Positions 14,891 through 24,227 are shown, counted from the first letter of the stretch. The stretch: 31,591 nucleotides of DNA from Candidatus Heimdallarchaeota archaeon (GCA_020353515.1 CP070695.1:1271637-1303227); one strand, 5' to 3'. The notes: generated by a model from the sequence alone, not told the origin. Made by a program: numbers and translations.

Positions 14891-17086
14891 TTGAGCATAA
14901 AAAATCTTCGAGATATACGTGGAATTGGCCCATCAGTGGAAGACAAGCTGAAGGCATATTTTAAAAGCGAAAATGACGCTCTCACCGCATTACGTGAATC
15001 TCGAATAGCAGAAATATCATCTATCGAGGGAATTGGGGAAAGATTTGCTCTGAGTATGTGTCGTAACCTCCATTTTCAAGAAACTGGGGAGCAGATTCAA
15101 AATTTCTTGAAAACAGAGGATGCGATCTTACTTTATAATCGAGTAATAGATATCATCTCAAAATTTGCTAATACTGCATACTCAAGGTCAAAACTATATT
15201 TATTCTTTCCATTACCAATTACAGCTTTAAATAAAATAAAAACGAGGCAAAAAACGACCCAACGTGCACAAAAATTGGTATCATTAATAAAAAACTCTCC
15301 TCATTCCTTCGAAGATTATGACAAACTGCTCAGGAACCTTTCACCTCTAAAGGAACAAATATCTCAGTTAGATACAGCTTCACGTGTAATAGCAACTGCA
15401 GATAGGCAAATCCATGAAGAGCTTATAGCTAACGAGATAGCAAATTATTGTGAAATCCTTTTTATCGAAGAAATTGAACAAATTTCAGGTTTCATTGGGA
15501 GCTATGATGAAGTTATTTGGATTGGATCAGATATTTTACTTGAAGAAGGAGTTACTAATGCAATTACCATTTCCGAGACTCAACGAAAAGATTTAATTAG
15601 AATAATCCCAGAAAAAACCCTCGTCTTCTTTGCAAATAATAAGAAAATCCTCGAATCAATATCTGGAATAGCTAGATTACTTAAAACAATTTCTCCATCG
15701 GAATTGACTGTATTCATTAGGGAATTAGATCTAGATATACTTATCGAGATGGGTAATGAGCTTTCAAACCTAGAAGAGTCAGGTGAACCAACACAACTTT
15801 TTAACGAAGAATATGCCCGTCTTTTAAACGCAGAACAGAGCTTTGATAACAGCTTAAGTGAAGTTCTTCTACTATTAAATGAAGAACTAGAAAAAACACT
15901 TCAGGACACCACTGTTCACTTAGAAGGAGAAAAAATTCTCGCTCTCTTAAAAGGTATGGGAGAGGAGGAACATAGATACTCCAGGGATAGTGGAAAAGCA
16001 GAACTACGTGAATATCTGGATGATGAACTATATTTAGCAGTTGAAGAGATCGTAACTAAAGCAGAGGAAAACCTTATTCAAAAATTAGCTTTGAGAAGTG
16101 ATGAAACAGATTACATCACAGGAATTTTCCCAAGAGAACTTCAATATCCAGTCGATCCTGTTGATGACGTAGTTAATCGCGTAAAAACCTATTTACGACA
16201 ATCAAGAGCAGTTAAATCTTTTGAACTTAAAGTAGCATTAGCTAAATCTCTTGAGCGATTTGAAATCATTGCTAAAACTGCATTGAATTATATATTTGAG
16301 TTAGATTTTCTTTTAATGATTGGAAAGTTTGCCCTTAGTTATAATCTGGTTCTCCCACAACTTGTTGAAGATCAGGGTACTGGAATCCTTGTGGAAGAAA
16401 GCCGAAATCTATTTTTAATACAACAAGAGCAACGGGGGATGTTGAAAGTTGAATCCGTCTCATATGCAGTAGGAGAAATTGGACAGATTGCTGGTAGTGT
16501 AGATGGTGAACGGATTATCCTTCTTTCAGGTGCAAATAGCGGAGGAAAGACAACACTGATAGTTTCTATTGCAGTATTGGTCATTCTAGGCCAAATGGGG
16601 CTGCCAATTCCGTGTAAACAAGCTATATTCGGGGGTTTTAACGAATTACATTATTATCGAAAGGCCTCAGGACAAATGGATGCTGGAGCTTTTGAAACTA
16701 CATTACGGACATTATCTCAAATGATAATGAGTCCAAATTCACGATTGGTGTTAGCTGATGAAATGGAAAGCATGTCGGAGCCAGGCGCATCCGCTCGGGT
16801 GATAGCAGCCTTTTTAGACCTATTAGGTCGCTCACCAAATTCAGTTGGAGTATTCGTAACCCACTTAGCCCAATTAATAGCAAAATATACTAAGGGAAAA
16901 CTGCGTATCGATGGGATTGAGGCACAAGGTCTATCTAAGGATTTAGAACTCATTGTAAATCGGACACCTGTATACTATCAATATGCGAAATCAACACCAG
17001 AATTAATTGTGAGAAGATTACAACAAATCTCGAAAGGCGATGAAAAAGAAATCTATTCTTACATACTAGAAGCCTTTGAATCTTAA
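14891..17086 (+). CDS. Archaeal MutS-like ABC-type ATPase (MutS domain V) with N-terminal helix-hairpin-helix motifs.
   Basis: HhH-like segments IRGIGPSVEDKL and IEGIGERFA. Walker A is LLSGANSGGKTTL, Walker B region is LVLADEMESMSEPGA, and FVTHL follows downstream. 731 aa, TTG start. Confidence 0.75.
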   Translation: MSIKNLRDIRGIGPSVEDKLKAYFKSENDALTALRESRIAEISSIEGIGERFALSMCRNLHFQETGEQIQNFLKTEDAILLYNRVIDIISKFANTAYSRSKLYLFFPLPITALNKIKTRQKTTQRAQKLVSLIKNSPHSFEDYDKLLRNLSPLKEQISQLDTASRVIATADRQIHEELIANEIANYCEILFIEEIEQISGFIGSYDEVIWIGSDILLEEGVTNAITISETQRKDLIRIIPEKTLVFFANNKKILESISGIARLLKTISPSELTVFIRELDLDILIEMGNELSNLEESGEPTQLFNEEYARLLNAEQSFDNSLSEVLLLLNEELEKTLQDTTVHLEGEKILALLKGMGEEEHRYSRDSGKAELREYLDDELYLAVEEIVTKAEENLIQKLALRSDETDYITGIFPRELQYPVDPVDDVVNRVKTYLRQSRAVKSFELKVALAKSLERFEIIAKTALNYIFELDFLLMIGKFALSYNLVLPQLVEDQGTGILVEESRNLFLIQQEQRGMLKVESVSYAVGEIGQIAGSVDGERIILLSGANSGGKTTLIVSIAVLVILGQMGLPIPCKQAIFGGFNELHYYRKASGQMDAGAFETTLRTLSQMIMSPNSRLVLADEMESMSEPGASARVIAAFLDLLGRSPNSVGVFVTHLAQLIAKYTKGKLRIDGIEAQGLSKDLELIVNRTPVYYQYAKSTPELIVRRLQQISKGDEKEIYSYILEAFES

Positions 17087-17469
17087 GATCTGAAAACTGG
17101 TATATAATGGTGTGAAAACCATCCAGTAGGATGTTTAAAATGACAAATCGTGAGGGAAAAAGAAGAATTCAAAATTTCGAAAAAGAATAGAATTCAGATA
17201 AAAGAGAACCGTCGAAATGGTGTTTAATTCTTTGTTGTGTATACCGCCCATTGGTCTACCAGCTCTCATAATACTATATATCAAAAAGTTTGGAAAAACG
17301 CGTGAACATAAATATCCTTACTAGAAGATGCAAAGGTTCTTAGGCAGTATGACTTTGCAACGATCATTATCGATCGTTGATCTTACTCCGTGCACTAGTT
17401 TAATATCGTTTTTATAAGGACACATGGATTGAATTTTAATATTTAATTCTTTAAAATGAAAACTAAGAA

Positions 17470-17543
17470 TGGGCCGGGACGGATTTGAACCATCGACATC
17501 CAGTGTGTGAGACTGGCATCATACCGGGCTAGATCACCGGCCC
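17470..17543 (-). tRNA. tRNA-Val (anticodon CAC), no intron, CCA not encoded.
   Basis: The reverse complement folds as a cloverleaf. Acceptor stem GGGCCGG pairs with CCGGCCC, and the discriminator is A. The anticodon stem is CCAGU/ACUGG with loop CUCACAC. The variable loop is AUGUC. The T arm is GAUGG-UUCAAAU-CCGUC. The D arm is AUCU/UGAU with a GG-containing loop. Coordinates are +/-1. Confidence 0.92.
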
Positions 17544-17650
17544 ATGGTATTTTCAGATTAGAAAATTCTTTTTTTGGACGAATAAAAGAATAATTTCGAG
17601 TTTTAATAAGAATTTTGAGTTTTATTATCAGATAAAGGTAGAAAAGGTAT

Positions 17651-18361
17651 TTATCTTAGGGGTTCAATTTTCAAGATTAACTGGTTCTCTGCAATTCCCA
17701 CGACTACGATCGGTTCATCCTCATCAATTTGGATGTCTGATTGGGCTTTCCAAATAGCTCCCCCTATCTTTACTCGTCCCTCTGTTTTCGGGGAGACCAT
17801 GGAAATTGTTTTTCCATTTTGTCCAATTAAATGCGTTTTATCTCCAGCCACAGGTGTTTTCTGTTGTGAACTCCTAACTCTAAACCAAATTAGCATGATG
17901 AAAACACCTAATACACCAATACTATAAGCTAACCCACGAATGGGATCCTGCCAAAGTACCACACCTCCAATGATTCCCAAAAGACCAATACCAATTACAA
18001 TTGGTAAAAAGGGGACGATAAAGCTCAAATCACCCCCCTGTGAACTAAAGAAAGCGATAATGAAAATCAATACGATTATTATTAGGGGCCATGTAAAAAC
18101 TTGGGTTTCATTTGACTGAGATACAAAATCGCTGCTTAGTGTTAGGATTATTGCGAGGATTATAATTATTGGAAGCCAGTTGAGTAGTTCAACAGCACCT
18201 CCACTCGCCAACCATTGTACAAACACAAGTACGACAGAAATTATGAAAATAATGAAGCCAAGATTATAAAGGACAGGAATTTCAAGTAGTGACCCAAGAA
18301 ACATTAAGAAAATACCGATAGGTATTCCTGAAAGGGGAACTTGTTGAGGATCTACAGCCAT
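17651..18361 (-). CDS. NfeD-family membrane protein (multi-TM N-terminus plus C-terminal OB-fold).
   Basis: About six hydrophobic helices are followed by TEGRVKIGGAIWKAQSDIQIDEDEPIVVVGIAENQLILKIEP, the typical NfeD C-terminal beta-barrel signature. Confidence 0.7.
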   Translation of the reverse strand: MAVDPQQVPLSGIPIGIFLMFLGSLLEIPVLYNLGFIIFIISVVLVFVQWLASGGAVELLNWLPIIIILAIILTLSSDFVSQSNETQVFTWPLIIIVLIFIIAFFSSQGGDLSFIVPFLPIVIGIGLLGIIGGVVLWQDPIRGLAYSIGVLGVFIMLIWFRVRSSQQKTPVAGDKTHLIGQNGKTISMVSPKTEGRVKIGGAIWKAQSDIQIDEDEPIVVVGIAENQLILKIEPLR

Positions 18362-18584
18362 CTTTATTCGATATATTCAATGCCTCAAATGAGCTTTTAG
18401 GCTTTTCCTTAGAGGAACAGTTTTCATGGATTCTACTCAGGAAATTAGTCTGATCCAGTACAACATCTACATACATCAATTTTCGGTAACTTTCTGTTTT
18501 CTGAAAGCAAAAATACAAAATTTCTTTCTTCAAAGGGAGGTTGATGTTTCCCTTCAAATAACATTCATGGAGACCAATTAAAGT

Positions 18585-19967
18585 ATGTTAGAGATCACAG
18601 TATTCGGCGCAGCAGAATCGGTGGGAAAGTCTTGTATCATGATTTCCGATCGTGACCATAAAATTCTTTTAGATGCTGGAATACAACTCCACCCTCGTAG
18701 GACTGGATTACTTTCAACACCTCCTGAAGGAGTGGATGTGTATAGCGACGAGATCGACTCAGTATTGCTCTCTCATGCCCATATTGATCATTCTGCCTAC
18801 ATTCCTGCTCTGTACAGGGCGGGATATCAAGGATTGGTACACTGTACAACTCCAACCAAGGATATTACAGAAATATTGTGGAAGGATCATTTGAAAATTG
18901 AAGGCCCACATCATTATGGTATCTCTCACTTACACTCAGCTCTTGCGAAAACTAAGACACATGAGTATCAACGGAAATTCTCGATAACTGATGGGATCAC
19001 AGCTGAGTTTTTTGATGCTAGCCATATCTTAGGGAGCGCTACAATTCTCCTTGATTGGAAGGGGACATTGATTCTATATACTGGGGACTTCAATAATGCA
19101 AAAACCCCTTATCATGATCCTATTGTGTATCCCGACCCAGATGAACCCATAGATATATTATTGACTGAAACAACGAATGCTAATCGAAAAATAAGCAGTA
19201 GTAGAAAACTTGTTGCATCGAACTTGACAAAGGCATTGTTAAAATGTTATTCCCGTGGTGGAAAGGCAATTATCCCTTCTTTTGCATTAGGTAGAAGTCA
19301 GGAAATCCAAGCATACCTCACTAGTGATTTTGATTCCTTTCTTTATAAGTTTCCCCTCTATATAGATGGAATGATCCTTGATATGAACATGATTTATCAA
19401 AAATATTTGAATGAGAAATGGGTTTCACCACGTATTCTTATGGAACTGAAAGAAAAAGGTTATCGGACTCCATTCGAGCATGAAGGACTTAAAACAATTG
19501 ATGAAGTCTCCTATACGGGAAAGAGGGGGAAGAAAAGAGAAAAGTTGATAACCCAAGAACAACGGAGTATAATTTTGACGACATCAGGAATGCTTGAGGG
19601 TGGCCCTGTTTATGACTACCTCCGACATGGAGGAAGTAGTTCTCTAAATGGGTTATATATCGTTGGATATCAAGTCAAAGGAACTCTTGGGGCAGATATT
19701 ATATCTGGGAAGAAAGAATTAACCCTGAATAATGGATTTGGGCAATTGTTTGATGTATCATTAGCTTTGGAGGTAAAACGGTTTGAATTTTCGGGTCATG
19801 CTTCGCTAGATGGATTAATTCAAATGGTACGCTACAGCTCACCCTCTTTAGTTTATGCTTTACATGGAGAACCTGAAGCTCAACAAGCTTATTCCCGAGC
19901 GCTTGAGGGATTTAACCAGAAAATCTCAATATTATCTCCTAAAGAAGTACTTTACAACTACCCATGA
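18585..19967 (+). CDS. beta-CASP metallo-beta-lactamase RNA-metabolising hydrolase (aCPSF2/RNase J-like, no KH domains).
   Basis: Motifs LLSHAHIDHSAY (HxHxDH), DASHILGSA, YTGDFN, LLTETT (motif A), FSGHAS (motif B), ALHGEP (motif C). Confidence 0.85.
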   Translation: MLEITVFGAAESVGKSCIMISDRDHKILLDAGIQLHPRRTGLLSTPPEGVDVYSDEIDSVLLSHAHIDHSAYIPALYRAGYQGLVHCTTPTKDITEILWKDHLKIEGPHHYGISHLHSALAKTKTHEYQRKFSITDGITAEFFDASHILGSATILLDWKGTLILYTGDFNNAKTPYHDPIVYPDPDEPIDILLTETTNANRKISSSRKLVASNLTKALLKCYSRGGKAIIPSFALGRSQEIQAYLTSDFDSFLYKFPLYIDGMILDMNMIYQKYLNEKWVSPRILMELKEKGYRTPFEHEGLKTIDEVSYTGKRGKKREKLITQEQRSIILTTSGMLEGGPVYDYLRHGGSSSLNGLYIVGYQVKGTLGADIISGKKELTLNNGFGQLFDVSLALEVKRFEFSGHASLDGLIQMVRYSSPSLVYALHGEPEAQQAYSRALEGFNQKISILSPKEVLYNYP

Positions 19968-20446
19968 TGGATTACTTATTAAATCAGAAAAAGAGGGAGT
20001 CTCTAATGCAACAAAAAGAAGCAGTGTTATCTGGAATTGTTTATAATCAAATAATGCGCCTCCTTGCAAAAAATCCGAAAATTGAAGTTGTAGGTCTCTG
20101 TTTCGGAATTCGTTGTCATGAAAAAATCGAACTCAAATCATTTGTATCATTAGTAAATTTAGATAATTCTTCAACTAGTTTTTCATTAGATTATGAAGCA
20201 ATGTATCAAGAGATCCAATGCCATGAAGAAAGGGACGAAATCCTTGTTGGGATATTTCACAGTCATCCTAAAGGAACAAAAGTATATCCATCACAAAAAG
20301 ATCTTTATTATATGCGTTATTGGCCCCACCCGTACTTATGGTTGATTGGTGGTTGTGGAGAAGAAGAGACTGACTCCTTGCTATCGATTTTTTCCCTCCT
20401 AAACGAAAAGATTGTTGAGATTCCTTATTCAATATTAAATGCCTAA
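19964..20446 (+). CDS. JAB/MPN (JAMM) domain metalloprotease.
   Basis: EVVGLCFG provides the upstream Glu, and HSHPKGTKVYPSQKDL is an H-x-H...S-x-x-D JAMM motif with a spacer one residue longer than the classic x7. The ATG overlaps the beta-CASP stop (ATGA, 19964-19967). Confidence 0.8.
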   Translation: MMDYLLNQKKRESLMQQKEAVLSGIVYNQIMRLLAKNPKIEVVGLCFGIRCHEKIELKSFVSLVNLDNSSTSFSLDYEAMYQEIQCHEERDEILVGIFHSHPKGTKVYPSQKDLYYMRYWPHPYLWLIGGCGEEETDSLLSIFSLLNEKIVEIPYSILNA

Positions 20447-20463
20447 TATATGAATTTAAAGGA

Positions 20464-21492
20464 TTAAGAATAAACCCCAGGTATGGGGGTCTGACATTTT
20501 GAACACTTCCCGTCTGATAAGTCTCGTATCTCTGGATAAAAACCTGTTCTTTGGATTAAAAGAACGTTACATTTGTGACAATATGTGTCATTCCCCATAT
20601 GACTCCTTACATTTCCTAGATAAATGTAGTTCAATCCAACATCTTTTGCTACCTTGTAGGCAGCTTCTAAAGTTTTAATCGGTGTTAGAGGTAAATTTCG
20701 TAGTTTATGATCAGGATGAAATCGCGAAAAGTGTACAGGCACATTCGGATCCAGTTTGTTCGAGATCCATTCGCACATCTCTTTTATCATCTCCATGGAG
20801 TCATTTTTTGTCGGAATAACTAAATTAGTTATCTCTAAATGAACACCCAACTTATGAAAAATCTCACAAGTCTTAAGTACTGGTTTCCAGGATGGTGAAC
20901 TGCAGATTTCCTTGTAAAATTCAGATGAAAATCCCTTCACATCGATATTAGCTGCATCGATGAGATGACCTAATTTTTCAGCTAGTCCCTTTGTGATATA
21001 TCCATTATCTACGACTACCATCTTCAAATTATGTCTATGTGCGATTTCTGCAATATCTCGTACGTATTCAAATGCTATCATTGGTTCATTGTAAGTCGAG
21101 GCAATCGAATACAGCTTCCTAGTTAGTGCTACTTGTACTAGATCCTCTGGCATCATCTCTCTCAAAGAGGAGATCTTATGATTCGTAGAAATTGAGTAAT
21201 TTTGACAATGGAGACAACCCATGTTGCATCCATGGGAACCAAACGATAAAATCCCCGTTCCAGGCAGAAAATGATAAAGTGGTTTCTTTTCAATCGGATC
21301 AATCGCTAACGATGATATTAAGCCATATGTACGAGGAATTATCTTCCCATTTTTACTAATTCGTGCCCCACACCAACCAATTTCGTTATCCGAAAGTTGA
21401 CAATGTCTGGGACATGCTAAACATTGTAATTTTCCTGATTTCAGTAGTCTATAAAATTCCCATTCTTTCTCCTGCGTTAATACTTTCGACAA
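20464..21492 (-). CDS. AmmeMemoRadiSam-system-type radical SAM enzyme (PflA-like activase family, COG1180).
   Basis: N-terminal Cys cluster CLACPRHC...WCGAR, DPIEKKPLYHF, radical SAM motif GCNMGCLHCQN (CX3CX2C), and a C-terminal zinc-ribbon-like CHKC...CSKC. Confidence 0.85.
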   Translation of the reverse strand: MSKVLTQEKEWEFYRLLKSGKLQCLACPRHCQLSDNEIGWCGARISKNGKIIPRTYGLISSLAIDPIEKKPLYHFLPGTGILSFGSHGCNMGCLHCQNYSISTNHKISSLREMMPEDLVQVALTRKLYSIASTYNEPMIAFEYVRDIAEIAHRHNLKMVVVDNGYITKGLAEKLGHLIDAANIDVKGFSSEFYKEICSSPSWKPVLKTCEIFHKLGVHLEITNLVIPTKNDSMEMIKEMCEWISNKLDPNVPVHFSRFHPDHKLRNLPLTPIKTLEAAYKVAKDVGLNYIYLGNVRSHMGNDTYCHKCNVLLIQRTGFYPEIRDLSDGKCSKCQTPIPGVYS

Positions 21493-21516
21493 AAGGAATA
21501 TTTCACCCTTGGCTTT

Positions 21517-22251
21517 CTACTGAATCGAGATAACATCGGTAGATTCATCATAATTTAGTAGATTCTTTTCAGCCATTCGTCCAAGAGTACGAGTTATTAT
21601 TACTGGAGAAATCAGTCCTTCAAGCGTTTTCTTTAATTGTTCTTTCGATGTTTTTCCAAGTTTCATCACTGCTGCAAGAATGTCAACTTCAGGAATATCT
21701 TCTGCTGATTCCTCAAGTAGGAACGAAATAACAGCATTATTTGCTTTTAAGGTTTCTAATTCTTTTCTTAGCTCCTCATTCTCAACTTGTTTTGCCTCAA
21801 TTTCTGTTTTTAGTTTTATTTCCATCTCTTGATTTTCTTTTGTCAGAGAGGCAATTCTCTCTCTTTTTTGGGTAATTTCAGATTTCATGTTGTTTATTTC
21901 CTCATTGATTGTTTGAAGAGCTTCTGCAATGCTGTTACTCTCTGTTTGAATTTCTTCTGACCGATTTTTTTTCATTTGAAGTTCTTCTGCGGTACTCGTC
22001 TGCTTACGGACTAATTCTTCTTTTAAATTTGACTGAGAATTTATTTCTTCTTGAAGAGAAGAAATTTTAGCTTCTTGTTCTGTAATCTGAGTATCGACTG
22101 CTTCTTTTTCTTTAATAAGAGTTTCAAGATAATCTTTTGATTCTTTTAAGTCTTGAACTCTTGTGAATACTAGTTGTTTTGTATCGTCTCCCAAGCGACT
22201 CAGAGCTTCTTCACTTCTAATAAATTTCTCTCTTAAAGTATCTGTATCCAT
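21517..22251 (-). CDS. Coiled-coil protein with a C-terminal winged-helix domain, unknown function (paralogous architecture to its upstream neighbour).
   Basis: About 185 aa of E/K/Q-rich heptad sequence, then KTSKEQLKKTLEGLISPVIITRTLGRMAEKNLLNYDESTDVISIQ. Confidence 0.6.
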   Translation of the reverse strand: MDTDTLREKFIRSEEALSRLGDDTKQLVFTRVQDLKESKDYLETLIKEKEAVDTQITEQEAKISSLQEEINSQSNLKEELVRKQTSTAEELQMKKNRSEEIQTESNSIAEALQTINEEINNMKSEITQKRERIASLTKENQEMEIKLKTEIEAKQVENEELRKELETLKANNAVISFLLEESAEDIPEVDILAAVMKLGKTSKEQLKKTLEGLISPVIITRTLGRMAEKNLLNYDESTDVISIQ

Positions 22252-22253
22252 AG

Positions 22254-23018
22254 TCAGACCTCCTTGTCAAACAGATCAATCTTTACCAAGAGCGTGACGC
22301 CATCTTCTGATTCGTTGAATTCTAGAACCTTTCGTGCCTCTAACAACTTTAAAACTGAATTTAAGGTGGTTGGATCCATACCTAATGCTGATCGAATTTC
22401 AGTCAGTTTTGAATGGGGACTGGGTTTCTTTGCCAAGAATTTAATTAATCCAACTTCTGGACTTTGAATATATTCTTTTGAACAAAGAATTCGGATTGCC
22501 TGAAACCTATTTGCTAGTAAAGATTTTTCAGCTTCTAATCGTTCATACTCTTGTGTGATTGCTTTCATACGGGTTTCAAATTTAGGTTTCAATTCATCAT
22601 GAATATTCTCTAATGAAGCAAGCTCTACTTCAAGCGAACGAAGAGTCGTTGTATGATTCGTTTTTTCAGAGTCAAGAATACCAAATTTATTTTTATCTGC
22701 CAATAAATCTGATTGGTTTTGAGATACTTGAGTATTTATCAAATCAATATTACTTTGAATTGAAGAAATTTCATTCTCAATTTGGCCAATTTCACTACGG
22801 AAAGTCTGAAGATCATTTATTAAATCAGAGATCTCTCGTGTATAATCATTAGACATTCGACGTCGTTCATTTATATAATTTCTAAGGGATTCAATATCAC
22901 TAATAAGAGATTTTAAATCTTCTCGTATTAGTTGAACTCGACTCTGAAACTTATTTACTAATTCCTCTAAACTAAGCGCCAATTTTCTAATTTCTTCTGC
23001 AGATTTAGGGGTACTCAT
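22254..23018 (-). CDS. Coiled-coil protein with a C-terminal winged-helix domain, unknown function.
   Basis: About 180 aa of heptad-rich sequence, then HSKLTEIRSALGMDPTTLNSVLKLLEARKVLEFNESEDGVTLLVKID. Its stop is 2 nt from the start of the next gene. Confidence 0.6.
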   Translation of the reverse strand: MSTPKSAEEIRKLALSLEELVNKFQSRVQLIREDLKSLISDIESLRNYINERRRMSNDYTREISDLINDLQTFRSEIGQIENEISSIQSNIDLINTQVSQNQSDLLADKNKFGILDSEKTNHTTTLRSLEVELASLENIHDELKPKFETRMKAITQEYERLEAEKSLLANRFQAIRILCSKEYIQSPEVGLIKFLAKKPSPHSKLTEIRSALGMDPTTLNSVLKLLEARKVLEFNESEDGVTLLVKIDLFDKEV

Positions 23019-23483
23019 AATGGTATCTCCGTTTTTCTTTCTATTCAGAGATCTTTACGTTACTATCCTCTTGATTAAATGTTAAGTGTTAATTTACTAT
23101 CATTTTAGAATGAAACAGTCTTTTATCGTCTTATATAAAGATGACTTCAAGCTATATTTCACCTTTCCCTTTTCGAAGTTATTCTGTCCTTAATAAATAG
23201 CTAGAAAAAAGACTAATGAGGGGCCATTCTGTTGAGGATATTGATTGTATAACACATTAACCTCTCTAAACTCATAAAAAACACAGCTGTATTAATAGGG
23301 GTTACTTAAGAAATTAATTTTGTCATCTTTCATACTATAGATGTACTTTCAATTATAATTTTCTTATTAGATTTTTAGCATTTAATTTCAAGCGTTGTGA
23401 ATTTAAATCTTTTCGCAATATTTCACCTTATTTTAGCCGAAAATCTTTCTTCCTAAGGATTAAAAACTTCTAAATGTTTTTAT

Positions 23484-23509
23484 TCACATAAAGCGAAAAC
23501 TTTATGTGA
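23484..23509. promoter_or_regulatory. Perfect 10-bp inverted repeat in the hsp20 promoter region, a candidate Phr-type operator.
   Basis: TCACATAAAG-cgaaaa-CTTTATGTGA. It sits immediately downstream of, and overlaps by 1 nt, a TATA-like TTTTTATT (23477-23484). It lies 56-81 nt upstream of the hsp20 ATG. A GGAG ribosome-binding site is at 23552-23555. Confidence 0.45.
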
Positions 23510-23564
23510 TTTTTCTTACATTGCTATATACGAATTATTCAAGTGAAATTAGGAGTAAATTATA

Positions 23565-24191
23565 ATGTCTGATCCCACTGGTGACAATTATGATGATGAG
23601 GAACGTCATCCACGCCGACGTCCTCGAGAAAATCCATTTGATGACTTTTTTCGGAACTTTATGAATCAATTTGGTGGATTCAACTTCGAAAACATCTGGG
23701 ATCAAATGGATTACTTTCTTGAAGATATTTTCCGTCGTTTCAATGTGCGAGATTTGATGGACGAAAGTGATAGTTCTAAATTCCCAGGATTTGTTTGGGG
23801 ATTTAGAATGACTAAAGGACCTGATGGTCGTCCTCATGTTGAACGCTTTGGAAACAATCCTCGAAAAGTATCAGGTAGTGGTCCTGGGTTACAACCATCT
23901 TATGAAAGAGAACCATTAGTTGATATAATTGATGATATAGATTTCTTACGTGTCATCGCTGAAATTCCAGGTGTTTCGAAAAAAGATATTGATCTCTCTG
24001 CAACAGAAAATAGTCTATTGATTCAAGCTGAATCAATTGATAAGAAACGAAGATATTACAAAGAACTGGATCTTCCGTGTATTATTTTTCCAGAATCAGC
24101 TTCTGCTAAGTTTAAAAACGGTGTTCTTGAAGTTGAATTAAAGAAGAATACTGTTTTAAACAAAACGGGAAAGAAAGTGCAAGTTGATTAA
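23565..24191 (+). CDS. hsp20: Small heat-shock protein (Hsp20/alpha-crystallin domain) with a charged N-terminal extension.
   Basis: The alpha-crystallin core reads PLVDIIDDIDFLRVIAEIPGVSKKDIDLSATENSLLIQAES...YYKELDLPCIIFPESASAKFKNGVLEVELKK. Confidence 0.9.
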   Translation: MSDPTGDNYDDEERHPRRRPRENPFDDFFRNFMNQFGGFNFENIWDQMDYFLEDIFRRFNVRDLMDESDSSKFPGFVWGFRMTKGPDGRPHVERFGNNPRKVSGSGPGLQPSYEREPLVDIIDDIDFLRVIAEIPGVSKKDIDLSATENSLLIQAESIDKKRRYYKELDLPCIIFPESASAKFKNGVLEVELKKNTVLNKTGKKVQVD

Positions 24192-24227
24192 TTCTAATCT
24201 GAAATAGTTTGGAGACCCGACTTTTTA

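Noticed and set aside
23535-23837. 100-aa minus-strand ORF overlapping the hsp20 start and promoter
   Set aside because: It is antisense to the clearly recognisable Hsp20 CDS. It would run into the promoter palindrome and has no family resemblance.
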